Source: Chiloscyllium plagiosum (taxonomy: Eukaryota). Taken from it: 64,000 bases of DNA. Made by a program: the position numbers and the translations under genes. Below the pieces are notes generated by a model, which did no database searches, was not told the origin of the DNA, and saw nothing but the letters and a program-made list of their open reading frames with translations. Where the stretch lies: positions 79,764,361-79,828,360 of the forward strand of contig NC_057711.1 of assembly GCF_004010195.1 (NCBI RefSeq), written 5' to 3'. Numbering within the stretch: the stretch's first letter is position 1; each line of letters starts with the position of its first letter. Positions 1 through 12,112 of the stretch are shown here, piece by piece.

Positions 1-2945
1 GAACAGCAGTGGACCCAACACCGACCCTTGCGGTACACCACTGGTAACTGGACTCCAGGATGAACATTTCCCATCAACCACCACCTTCTGTCTTCTTTCA
101 GCAAGCCAATTACTGATCCAAATTGCTATATCTCCCACAATCCCATTCCTCCGCATTTTGTACAATAGCCTACTGTGGGGAACCTTATCAAAAAAAAAAT
201 ATGCCTTGCTGAAACCCATATATACCACATCAACCAATTTATTCTCATCTACCTGTTTGGTCACCTTCTCAAAGAACTCAATAAGGCTTGTGAGGAACAA
301 CCTACCCTTCACAAAACCGTGCTGACTATCCTAATCAAATTATTCTTTTCTAGCTGATTATAAATCCTATCTCTTATAACCTATTACCAGCAACTGAAGT
401 AAGGCTCACTGGTCTATAATTACCTGGGTTGTCTCTACTCCCCTTCTTGAACAGGGGAACTACATTTGCTATCCTCCAGTCTTCTGGCACTATTCCTGTA
501 GACAATGACGATTTAAAGATCAATGCCAAAGGCTTGGCAATGTCCTCCCTGGCTTCCCAGAGGATCCTAGGATAAATCCCATCCGGCCCAGGGGACTTAT
601 CTATTTTCACACTCTGCAGGATTTCTAACACCTCCTCCTTGTGAACCTCAATCCCACCTAGTCTAGTAGCCTGTATCTCAGTATTCTCCTCGACAACATT
701 GCCGTTTCCTAAAGTGAATACTGTCGAAAAATATTCATTTAGTGCTTCCCCTATCTCGTCTGACTCCACACACAACTTCCCACTATTATCGTTGATTGGC
801 CCTAATCTTACCATTGTCATTCTTTTATTCCTTAAATACCTATAGAAAGCCTTAGGGTTTACCCTGATCCTATCCGCCAATAACTTCTCATGTCTCCTCC
901 TGGCTCTTCTGAGCTCTCTCTTTAGGTCTTTCCTGGCTACCTTGTAACCCTCAAGCGCCCTAACTGAGCCTTCACATCTCCTAACATAAGCCTTCTTCTT
1001 CCTCTTGACCAGAGATTCCACTTCCTTTGTAAACCATGGCTCCCTCGCTCTACAGCTTCCTCCCTGCCTGACAGGTACATACTTATCTAGGACATACAGT
1101 AGCTTTTCCTTGAAAAAGCTCCACATTTCTAATGTGCCTATCCCCTGCAGTTTCCTTCTCCACCCTATGCTTTCTCAATCTTGCCTAATTGTATCCTGAA
1201 GTAGGGCTTATGCCCGAAAAGTCGACTCTCCTGTTCCCTGGATGCTGCCTGACCTGCTGCGCTTTTCCAGCAACACATTTTCAGCTAATTGTATCGGTAA
1301 TTGCCTTTCCCCCAGTTGTAACTCTTGCCCAGTGGTATACACCTATCCCTTTCTATCACTAAAGTAAACATAACAGAATTGTGATCGCTATCACCAAAGT
1401 GCTCACCTACTTCCAAGTCTAACACCTGGCTGGGCTCATTACCCAGTACCAAATGTAACGTGGCTTCGCCCCTTGTTGGTTTGTCTACATACTGTGTCAG
1501 GAAGCCCGCCTGCGCACACTAGATAAAAACTGACCCATCTATAGTACTCATACTATAGTGTTCCCAGTCAATATTTGGAAAGTTGAAGCCCCCCATGACA
1601 ACTACCCTGTCTCTCTCACTCCTATCGAGAATCATCTTTGCTATCCTTTCCTCTACATCTCTGAAACTATTCGGAGGCCTATAGAAAACTCCCAACAGAG
1701 TGACCTCTCCTTTCCTGTTTCTAACTTCAGTCCATACTACCTCAGTTGACGAGTCCCCAAACACCCTTTCTGCAACTGTAATACTGTCCTTGACCAACAA
1801 TTCCACACCTCCCCCACTTTTGCCATCTTCTCTGTTCTTACTAAAACATCTAAATCCTGAAACCTGCAACAACCATTCCTGTTCCTGCTCTATCCACATC
1901 TCCTAAATGGCCACAACATCGAAGTCCCAGGTACCAACCCATGCTGCAAGTTCACCCACCTTATTCCGGATGCTCCTGGTGTTGAAGTAGACACTTCAAA
2001 CCAACTTCCGGTGCCATCTTGCATCCTTGAAACTTGATTTTGGACCTCCCTACTCTCAACCTTTTCTATACTTGAACTACAATTTTGGTTCCCATCCCCC
2101 TGCTGGATTAGTTTAAACCCACCCAATAGCCTTAGTGAATATCCCCCCCAGGATATTGGTACCCCTCTGGTTCAGATGAAGACCATCCTGCTTGTAGAGG
2201 TCCCACCTACTCCAGAAAGAGCCCCAATTATCCAACACTCCAAAACCCTCCCTCCTGCACCTTCCCTGTAGCCACGTGTTCAACTCCTCTCTCTCGCTAT
2301 TCCTCACCTCACTAGCACGTGGCATGGACAACAAACCAGAGACAACAACTCTGTTCGTCCTAGCTCTAAGCTTCCATCCTAGCTCCCTGCCTTTCTGCCT
2401 TAAATCCCCATCTCTCTTCCTACCCATGTCGTTGGTGCCTATGTGCACCACGACTTGGGGCTGCTCCACCTCCCCTTTAAGGATCCCAAAAACACTATCA
2501 GAGACATCACGAACTCTGGCACCTGGGAGGCAACACACCAACCGTGAGTCTCTCTTGTCCCCACAGAACCTCCTATCTGTCCTCCTAACTATGGAGTCCT
2601 CAATGACTACTGCTCTGCTCCTCTTCCCCTTTCCCTTCTGAGCAGCAGGGACAGACTCTGTGCCAGAGCCCTGTACCCCACGGCTTTCCCCTGGTAAGTC
2701 GTCCCCCCCAACAGTATCCAAAATGGTATACTTATTGTTGAGGGGAATGGCTACAGGGGATCCCTGCACTGCCTACCGGTTCCCTTTCCGTCTCCTGACT
2801 GTAACCCATTTGCCTTTTTCTTGTACCTCAGGAGTGACTACCTCCCTGTAACTCCTCTCAATAACCCTCTCTGCCTCCTGAATGATCCGAAGTTTATCCA
2901 GCTCCAGCTCCAGTTCCCTAACGCGGTTTTCAAGAAGCTGGAGTT
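1..2945 (-). mobile_element. CR1-clade LINE (HER1-like), decayed; ORF1 esterase plus ORF2 endonuclease/RT, running off the window start
   Basis: Minus-strand ORFs: 2113-2769 SGNH esterase (VVHIGTND, DGLHLN), 1519-1899 APE endonuclease (LGVFYRPP, GGFNFPNIDW), 374-1126 RT approach (KSPGPDGIYP, PGNYRPVSLTS). RT continues to base 1 with frameshifts. Confidence 0.93.
1196..1284 (+). mobile_element. 89-bp Penelope pseudo-LTR fragment starting at the hammerhead core, inserted in the CR1
   Basis: Matches the pLTR at 43639-43770 and 56946-57040; flanked by 11-bp direct repeat CTAATTGTATC (1185-1195, 1285-1295). Confidence 0.88.
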
Positions 2946-3330
2946 TTACCAAAGCAATAAAACTGAATGCACCGCCCAGTCTCCTCAATGCACTGGGAAT
3001 GATGATAGTAAAGTCAACTATTTTGATCTTGCAAAGCCCCTGGAGCTGAGAATTCCCTTACTTTGCTGGTGTCATTTTTATGGGTTTGTGGGAGAGTTTT
3101 CTCTGCAAAGCAGAGTGAGTTTCTCCGAAACTTGTCCCAAACTTGCCTCATGGTGCCCTTGTCACCCGATGCTAGCCTGCTTCTCCCACTTGCTGCAGCT
3201 AGATATGTTTAACACAATCAGGACATGCTCGGATTCCTGGTGCCAGCACCGTCTTTAAATGGCAATTGTGCACTCTGACACGCAATTCAGTCCGAGCTGC
3301 GCTGCATAGCACATGATATGTGTCCTGGCT

Positions 3331-3572
3331 GTGACAGCCAAAGGGAAATTAGCACCCCACTTGGTAGACAGGGAATTGAAAGTTCTGGTGGATAGGGTAG
3401 TGCAGAAGAGGGCCTTCCTCTTCCCTAGAATCAGCGGGGGAGGCCCTGACTCCAGATCCTTCCAGCCTGCTGTGAGTTTGCTGTCCAGGGCAGTGTGGTT
3501 TCAACCAACTGTGGGAATGCACAACAGCGCTGCGGGCAGGTCTTGAACCTTCTCCGTTCTGCTAGGGTATTA
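3331..3572 (+). pseudogene. Harbinger-type Myb/SANT DNA-binding exon relic
   Basis: KGKLAPHLVDRELKVLVDRVVQKRAFLFP, frameshifted, ending NLLRSAR followed by GTATTA donor at 3567. Confidence 0.65.
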
Positions 3573-4104
3573 TGTCTCAGATAACCCATACCCATTCTAT
3601 GTCTGCTGCTGCATCCCTACCTCCCCCCAAGGCTCTGGCTTGACGACTCTCAGTGACATATCCAATGTCTTCCCTCATTCACTCTCACTCAGTCCCTCAA
3701 AGTGATTAACACTACATGACTCTTTCCTCTCATACTCATTCATGTAGGACACATCACTGCTCATCCCTCAATGCCTTTAGATCACTCAATCCTTCCCTAA
3801 GTTTCATTCCAGGAAATACATGCTCGAGCAGAAAGAGATAAGTGTTGCAATGACCAACTCTTGGCTTCTTACCCACTTCAATTTTGACCATCCTGAGCAA
3901 ACAATGATAGTGCCCATGCCCCTGAAATGATATCAGAGAAAACATTTGATCAATTGAGCAGGAAACCCCCTGATTTATGGCATCACCATAATGCCACCCA
4001 CCACCTACCCCTACTCCCAATTGGCATTGCCCCATCGCCAGCCTTCATTGTGTACTGTTTCCCCTTGATTTTGAGATATAGCCATTTGTTTGATACATGT
4101 TTGT

Positions 4105-4339
4105 GGGTGGCACGGTGGCACAGTGGTTAGCACTGCTGCCTCACAGCGTCAGAGACCCGGGTTCAATTCCCGCCTCAGGCGACTGACTGTGTGGAGTTTG
4201 CACGTNNNNNNNNNNNNNNNNNNNNNNNNNNNNNNNNNNNNNNNNNNNNNNNNNNNNNNNNNNNNNNNNNNNNNNCGGTGTGGACTTGTTGGCCCGAAGG
4301 GCCTGTTTCCACACTGTAAGTAATCTAATCTAATCTAAT
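4105..4339 (+). mobile_element. tRNA-derived V-SINE (HE1-like), spanning N gap 4206-4275
   Basis: A box TGGCACAGTGG, B box GGTTCAATTCC, start of V domain TGTGTGGAGTTTGCAC, CR1-like tail ending (TAATC)n. Confidence 0.88.
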
Positions 4340-4448
4340 ATGCAAATTGTTTGCTGTGTAGGCTGCTGACACATGCTGTAGATATGACATTGAGATAAGA
4401 TGGCACCATAACATCAAACTGTTCACCACCATGAATAATCATACTGAC

Positions 4449-4605
4449 CATAGAAACCATAGAAATTATACAGCATAGAAGGGGGCCATTTGGCCCATCT
4501 TGTCTATGCCAACTCAAATTCACTCAGATGCCCTTACCAAACCCATCTTCCTGCATATGGCCCATAGCCTTGCAGCTTACAGAACTTAAGGTGCATTTCC
4601 AGGTC
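4449..4605 (-). mobile_element. CR1 3' end fragment
   Basis: CATAGAAA tandem tail and similarity to other CR1 3' UTRs in the window. Confidence 0.6.
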
Positions 4606-4944
4606 CTTACATCCATGACAAGCTGCCTGGCCTTGTGTCTGCCCTGAACAGCAAGGCAACACTGTCATACTGAAAGCCTTTAAACTCTGGCTGAGGGAAC
4701 AAGGCACAAAAAGCCTAGAGAGCTCACAAGTAGCTTTAAGAAATTCCCTGTGACTGTCCATGAGCTAGATGCCTGTCATTGCGTTGTGTATTGCAATAGT
4801 ATTGTAACTGATGAACTCCAAAGCAAAACATTAAAGTGCCAATCTGTGTTATAAGTGGATTAGAGATGTGCCACTGTGATTGAGTGAGTCCAGTACATGT
4901 CAGATGCCAATATCTATGGAAGGGTGCATGAGGCTGCTGCCCAT

Positions 4945-5120
4945 GAAGCACTGAATCCTCTACTATCAACATCCTGGGGTTACCATTGACCAGGAACTGA
5001 ACTGGAGCAACCATATAAATATGGTTCAGGAACAGGTCAGTGGCGAGGAATGTTGCAACAAGTAACTCACCTCATGACTCTCCAACATTGTCCACCATCT
5101 ATAAGGCACAAGTCAGGAGT
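4945..5120 (+). mobile_element. Old LINE fragment, same family as 15055-15940
   Basis: CAACATCCTGGGGTTACCATTGACCAGGAACTGAACTGG and CCATCTATAAGGCACAAGTCAGGAGT match 15415-15545. Confidence 0.65.
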
Positions 5121-5784
5121 GGCACCACATTGTTAAATACTTTTCCAAATCCTTATATCTCATTAATTTGGGATGACCTCAATTACTTTTGTATGGCTAT
5201 TGGCTCTCACCATCATTTATATCTCTTAATAAGACTGTGCTGAGTTTTCTCTAATTTGAGCCTCTGCATCCTTTATTTTTCTTACTGGATAATGCTTAGT
5301 TGCTATAATTCTTAAACCACTATTTCAAAATAGATCACTTTATCATCTATGGGCTTCTATGCTGCATTTAGATGTTTGTGGTGCAAAGTCATTGTAAACG
5401 AAAGATATTACAAGCCTTAGATCTACTTTACAATGTCACATAGGTGAGAACACCTTATTTCTCAAACCGGTTGTAAAAAAAGCATTGTTCACAAATTACA
5501 TCTGAAGATATAACGTCAAGTTAAGGACTGCTGCTTCAAATTATGGTGGATTTATATTTGTTTTCTGAGTTTAGTTTTTGTCATGGCTGTATAGCTTTGA
5601 TGTCCAAATGTTGTTTTATTTACATCATTTTTAATGTTAGTTTGGTACCATAAAGGTTATAATTATGAATGTGAAATGGAATATGAAACAATAAATATTG
5701 CATTATTTTAGTTGTTTTGTCTAAATATCATAAAGTAGCATACAATATCCCTGTACTACCTTTATAGCAAAAATACATATATTT

Positions 5785-6112
5785 CAAGGTCTTTTTCCTG
5801 GGTTGGGGGTGTCCAGAACTAGAGGGCATAAGTTTAGGGTGAGAGGGGAAAGATCTAAGAGGAACCCAAAGGGCAACGTTTTCATACAAAGAGTGATGTT
5901 GTAGGCAATGAGCTGCCAGAGGAAGTGGCAGAGGCTGGTACAATTACAACATTTAAAAGATATTGGGTTGGATACATGAATAGGAAGGGTTTAGAGGGAT
6001 ATGGGCCAAGCGCTGGTAAATAGGACTAGATTAATTTAGGCTATCTGTTCGACATGAATGAGTTGGACCGAAGAGCCTGTTTCCATGCTGTACATCTCTA
6101 TGACTCTATGAC
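5785..6112 (+). mobile_element. CR1 3' end (5'-truncated)
   Basis: Near match to 26055-26370; ends in CTCTATGA repeats. Confidence 0.85.
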
Positions 6113-6434
6113 AATATGACTTGCAGAATGCTGAGGTTTTGGATTTACCTTTAATTGAACTGGTAGTGTACATTCAGAATGTGAAGAGCAATCACATAAA
6201 ATAGCTACCTTTTGTAACTGAGAGTAAAAATTGCTTTGGAGTTATCTCTACCTACTAGTTTCTGAAGGTGTTAATGTTTAATGTATTGATGCACATCTAA
6301 GATGTTGCATTTTGGCATAAGAGGAGTTGTGAGATATTGTTAATTTATACTCATGTTTGATCATTGTAAAAAATTGTTTTAAATTGGGACAACTTTTTCT
6401 GAGCTTAAAGCCAGTAGGTCAGATATTTGACAGC

Positions 6435-6725
6435 ACCTTCTGACCCCATAATCTCCACCACCTACAAGGACAAGGGAAGTAAGTGTTACCACTTGCAAGT
6501 GCCCTCCAAGTCATAGATCCTTCTGACTTGAAAATGCATGATTATTCCTTTATTGTTGTTGTGCCAAAATTGTAAAATTCCCTTCATTATAGCAGTGTTC
6601 ATGCACTGACAAATCATTGATATATCAGCACTGAGTGATGATGGCTCAGCACCACCTTCTTGAGGGCAATTTAGTTTGGACAATACATGTTGGCCTTGAC
6701 AATGATGCTTATTTTCCAAAAATGA
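6435..6725 (+). mobile_element. 3' region of the old LINE family seen at 15740-15940
   Basis: TGCAAGTGCCCTCCAAGTCA...CTGACTTGAAAA parallels 15815-15860. Confidence 0.5.
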
Positions 6726-7130
6726 GGTTTTTTTAAAAAAATAGAAGCTTTGCTGTAGGTTCATGTGAAGGGCATAGCTGTAAGTATACTTTGTATTATA
6801 TCATATGATATTTACACAGCCCAATTTTTTCTAAATTTTGTCCTTTACATCTTTTACTGAGATTAATTATTCTAAGGTAAGAATGCTAAATGAAGGATCA
6901 GAAACTTTACTGAGGGCATGACCAAGACTAAGAAGAGGAGGAAAAAGCTCAAATACATCATGATGCAATGACTGGGGAGTGATAGGTTTGACGTTAAAGG
7001 CTGAGGATAGACTGTGATTCATTAATAACGTTTGATTTATTTATTAAATATTTCAATTATTGTCATGATGCAATTGGACTTCTTTCACCCAACAGCCAGA
7101 GTGAGACACACAAGGTAGATTCCCTGAACA

Positions 7131-7572
7131 GAATCATAGAATCCTGACAGTATGGAAGGAAGCCATTTGGCCCACTAACCCTCTGAAGAGCATTCCACCC
7201 AGACCCATCCCTTAACTCTACACTGAGCTCAGTGGTTAGCACTGCTGCCTCACAGCACCAGGGGCCTGGGTTTGATTCTACCAGATGACTGGTCGAATTT
7301 GCACATTCTCCCCATGACCGTGCCTGTGTAGGTTTGCTTCTAGTGCTCCAGTTTCCTCCCACAATCCAAAGATGTGCAGATGAGGTGAATTAGCAATGCT
7401 AAATTTCCCTAAAGTGTCCAGTGATGCATAGGCTAGATGGATTAGCCATGGGAATTGCAGGGGTACAGTGTTAGAATAGGGGGTGTGAGTCTGGGTGGGA
7501 TACTGTTCGGAGAGTCGGTATGGATTCGATGGGCTGAATGACCTGCTTACACACTGTAGGGATTCTAATGAC
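7131..7572 (+). mobile_element. HE1-like SINE (7225-7572, +) preceded by an inverted SINE 3' tail (7131-7222, -)
   Basis: tRNA head remnant, V domain and CR1-like tail; the upstream segment is reverse-complementary to the tail. Confidence 0.78.
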
Positions 7573-9215
7573 TTTATGTCCTTGTACAGTTATATGGCTA
7601 GATTTTCTAACAATGCAATTATACCATGTTCTGTCTACGGTGCATTAACCTGTTATCTGGATCCTATTCAAATAAGTATGTTCTAATAACTTTCATTGTC
7701 AATACAAATAAAACCAGTGTTGAACAGAATGTGAGAATGGTTTGAGTCATCAACAGAGCAGAGATTTTTCCACGTTTTTCATGAATAAATGATGCTGTGT
7801 GTGTAGCAGACAGTGTCAGGTTAGAGTAATGTAATCCACATGCCAGCCCAAGATGAAAATGCTTTTGAGCTGGGTGGATCTTAGAACCTGTTCTTGAGCT
7901 GTCCAATTAAAGCTGTCTCTCACTGAAAGTGAATACAGCGTGCCATTGAACATTGGGCAATGTGAGACAGGTTCTGCTATGAGATTGACAACATTTTCAC
8001 AAGATAAAGGTTAAACAGTATCTGGTTTCAGATCTGTTCTACTTATTCTGTTTTGATATTTTTGCTCAAATAATTTTAACATAATGAAGCTCTTCATGCA
8101 ACATTGGATTAGAGAAACTGGATATTAAACATTGCACTGATTTTTCTTTGCTGCCAAGCAATGAAAACCTTTAAGAAAAATCATTAGATGATTTATTTTG
8201 TCTCTTGAGAGTAGTATAGAGTATATTTTACACTGAAATTAAAGATGGAGTTTAATTCAGCTTAAAAAAAAGGATAAAAGGATCTTCCTTTTTTTAAAGC
8301 AGAATGATTGTTTACCTGTCATGAAGTCCTATATAATTAGAAATGTCTACTGATGCAGACTACAGTTTGACTAGTCCACTTTGAAACAGATCTATGCTTA
8401 ATTGGTTTGTGCTTGCTCATGCTGCTAAAATATTCCTCTCTGCAAACTGTTTAATCGATGTTCAAAACAAATTCTGATTACATACCAGCTACAATTTTAC
8501 AGGGCTATTTAAAAAAAAACAATTTCATGTCCATTCTCAGAAATAAGAATGTTATATGTTCGACAGCTTTAAATTTTAGTTAATGATAGTCCAAATCAAA
8601 GTGCTCTTAAATCATTTTTTAGGTTATCTGAATGCATTAAAAAATAACATAAAGATCAATTCTGTACTCCCAGAGGGGAGTATCACTTGCAGGAGGCACA
8701 ATGCAGGAATTATTGGTGAACAGTCTGTAATTTTCCATCCATTACATTTAATGGGCAGAAAATCACAGTCTGTGTGCCTGAAATGTGCTCCCTATGGGTG
8801 CTGCTTTCTGGAAGTGTTAGAGCACAGAATGTGCCTCATAATGAATATTTATTTTACTATTAAAAATAGGCTTGCAAATTATATATTATCATTTAGATCC
8901 TTAGACATTAATATATTTAATTTTTTGACTAGGCTTTCTATTCATTTGCACAGATGTAGGATAATTTGTTTTCTGAAGTATGATACAATATAACAGCACT
9001 GAGGAATGTTGAGGGTGTATAATAAACAGTAAGATATCCTTTTGAATAGTTTATTAATGCATTTCAGTTTCAAGGTATTCTGTTCTCCTGAAATGCATTC
9101 CATCCGATATTATTCTGTTTCACATATTCAAGTAGCATTTCTGGGAATGATTAAATTCTATATTACATAGCCTATTGCTATCAATTAAATGCATCTCGTC
9201 AGATACTGGTTGCAT

Positions 9216-9474
9216 ATTAGATTAGATTTCCCTTCGGCCCAAAAAGAGAAACCCACCCAGACCCATTTCCCTCTGACTAATGCACCTAACATTATGGGCA
9301 ATTTAACATGGCCCATTCACCTGATGTGCACATCTTTGGACTGTGAGAGGAAACCCATGCAGACATGAGGAGAATGTGCAAACTCCACACAGGCAGTCAC
9401 CTGAGGCTGGAAGTGAACCTGTGACCCTGGTGCTGTGAGGCAGTAGTGCTTAACTGCTGTGCCACCGTGCTGCC
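9216..9474 (-). mobile_element. HE1-like V-SINE
   Basis: Reverse strand reads GGGGCAGCACGGTGGCACAGCAGTTAAGCACT, V domain, (TCTAA)n tail. Confidence 0.85.
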
Positions 9475-10514
9475 CCATATAAGCAAATGGCCTGAACCCA
9501 ATTGAAGTGATATACCACACAGTTTATAATCATGTAAGATTATTTTCACACAATGGGAATGGTGATTCTGACAGTATTGTATTCTGTCAGTACTGCATTG
9601 AAACATCAGACTGGATTATTTGCTCAAATGCCTAGTTTGGGACATAAATCCTTAACTTTATGACTCTGAAGCAATATGCTAACTCTAAACCAAGGTTGAT
9701 ACATGATTACCATATCATCTTCAAGAACATGTTATTTAGCTTTTGTTGGATTATGAAGCATGTACAGGTCTCACAGCTCTGTGATGGATGTTCTTCCTTT
9801 TATTTGTAATTATTATACTTATGAGTTAGATTTAGATCTGATATAGGATCTTGCATATGATGCTTAAATTAATTTGTGCCATGTGTACTGTATAACAAAG
9901 TCCAAACAATATTGGTCATAGATAAATCAGATCTTAGCCCACAGTACAATAACAAAGCAACACTGATCAATCACAGCTCTAATACTACAAAAGATATCAA
10001 AGATCAAGACATACACAAAGTTGTATTTGTAAAGTACTTTATTAATTACAATTGGCAGCTTACAAATATAAAGATAATATTAGCAATTACAGTAAAGTTG
10101 ACTCTTAATAATCATCAATAGAAAGTTAAAAGATAACATCACACAATCCTTTTCCATGTAATTTTTCCCAAATCAGTCAGGGTGAATTGAATGAAAAAGT
10201 GCTAACGATTAAGGAATCAGAAGAGTAAGTGAATTGTGCTCATAATCACATCATGCTTATGTATCTTCAATCTCTTAATATTTGATATTAAAAAATTCAT
10301 TCAACTGAAAGAGTCCATACCACAAAACTGGACATTTCCTCCCAGATGGAACAGTGATTTTCTACTGATTCTTCATATCTGGGAAAGTTCATGATATTAC
10401 GACCAGCATTTGGGTGCCCAAGCATCAATGGCTACATTCATCCTGTGTTAATCGTCTCTATCTCCAGTGACCAACAGTGTGATCTTTTTTATAAGATACT
10501 TTTAATAACACTAT

Positions 10515-11830
10515 TTTGACTCACTTCTGGAGCCAGTAGGATTTGAACTCAAGTCTTCTTGGGTCAGAGGTAGCAGCAGTCCTTTTTTTTCATATCCAGA
10601 AGCGCACTTGCAAACAACTAATTTTGTTTTTCCCAACACTAAATCACTCATTGTACATTTGCATCTCTTAACCATCATCACCACTAGTAAATCTTCTGGG
10701 ATTAGATTTGATGTAAAGCCCATTAAGGGTAATGTAGATGTCCAAAGTTGAGGGAGAGATAGGGAGGAAAGGAGGAGATAAAATGAATAGGAATCACAGC
10801 AGTTCATTTCCCAATTCCTTCCATATTTTTCCTAATCAACCCAAGCTCTAGAGTAGATAGGACTTGAACCCAGGTTTTCTAGCTCAGAGGGAGGGACACT
10901 ATCACTGTACCACAAGAAAGCCCAGGCAGTTTCATTTTGTCTTTGAATCAACCTGTTCAGAGATGTTATGTCACATAACAAGAGCGATTACCACAATGCC
11001 ACAAGACGCCCCAGGCTGTTTATTTTATTTTTTCCTTTTTCCGCTTATATCTGGAAATGTTATACACACAAACCTGACATCTTTTATGTTTTTAACTATT
11101 AACTACCATCAGTAATCACCCATGCAGCCAGTTAGATATTTACATGCAAGGCCCATTATGGTCAATGTGAAACATCAAAAGTGAAGGAGGGGTAAAAGGA
11201 CAGAAAGAAGGGGCTAACTCAAAATGGAGTTCAAGTGGAAATAAGGCACAGCATCGCCACAGTACCCATCTGTCTCTGATGGCATCGAGAGCATTGATGG
11301 ACACTTTATGCTCACGCTATCACATAATGACTTTCCCAAATCCAAATCACTGTCACCTTTTTTGTTTTATTTTAAAACTACTAATTATCACCAGTAATCA
11401 TCCACGTAGCCAATAAAATATTTCCAAGCAAAACCCAAAATGGGCACCCGTGCAATTTATTTTAATATATCCAGAAATGTTATCACACAGAACGGAGCAA
11501 CTTTCCCACCACCAACACCATTGTGACTTTTAATTTTTTTTCTTTTAACTACTAACCATCACCACCAATAAATTGCCCACATAGCTAATAAAGTATTTCC
11601 AAGTAATGTGGGCATTTTTTTAATGCTAGCTATATTTTTAGCCAAAAAAGTTCTTGAATTGCATTTTTTAAAATTTGTTCTCCAACACATTAAAAAGAGG
11701 CCATTTAGCACATTGTTTTCTTTTAACTTATTTTTCCTATCAACCTGTTCAGATATATTACTATACACTTCTTGAGCAAGTGGGACTTGAACCTGGTCCA
11801 GAGTTAGGGACACTGCTACAAGAGGACCCA
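10515..11830 (-). repeat. Degenerate array of four tRNA-like SINE heads (about 10515-10580, 10845-10923, 10945-11012, 11735-11830) with repeated AT-rich spacer units
   Basis: Minus-strand B boxes (GGTTCAAGTCC-like) and A-box-like segments; recurring ATATCCAGAA... and TTAACTA..CATCACCAGTAAT motifs near 10590, 11045, 11375, 11465, 11545. Confidence 0.6.
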
Positions 11831-11845
11831 AAATTCTGCTGTATC

Positions 11846-11922
11846 TAGTATTCCCAGTGCTAGCCAGGCCTGAGTCTGCTTAGCTTCCAAGATCAGGCAA
11901 TTTCAGATTTGTCTGGCTGTCG
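11846..11922 (-). pseudogene. 5S rRNA-derived relic, internally deleted
   Basis: GTATTCCCAG..CCAGGCCTGAGTCTGCTTAGCTTCCAAGATCAG matches the reverse complement of vertebrate 5S rRNA. Confidence 0.72.
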
Positions 11923-12011
11923 GTAAAATAGCTTGCTGCTCAATTGTGTGGCAAAACACAAGTGCAGAGGGATAATATGAGCAGCCACTGCTGTCAGAAA
12001 ATGTCAACTCC

Positions 12012-12112
12012 ATGTGGCATTTCCAGGAAGTCTCCCATCCAAATACTAACCAGGCCTGAGTCTACTTAGCTTCTAAAAATCAAACATTTTTAGACTAGCA
12101 TGGTCACAAGTC
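12012..12112 (-). pseudogene. 5S rRNA-derived relic
   Basis: GTCTCCCATCCAAATACTAACCAGGCCTGAGTCTACTTAGCTTC matches the reverse complement of the 5S internal control region. Confidence 0.8.

Noticed and set aside
8723..8772. Short imperfect palindrome CTGTAATTTTC..CCATTA/TAATGG..GAAAATCACAG
   Set aside because: May be a MITE centre but is short and AT-rich, with no termini found.
11846..12112. Functional 5S rRNA genes
   Set aside because: Both copies have internal deletions and many substitutions.
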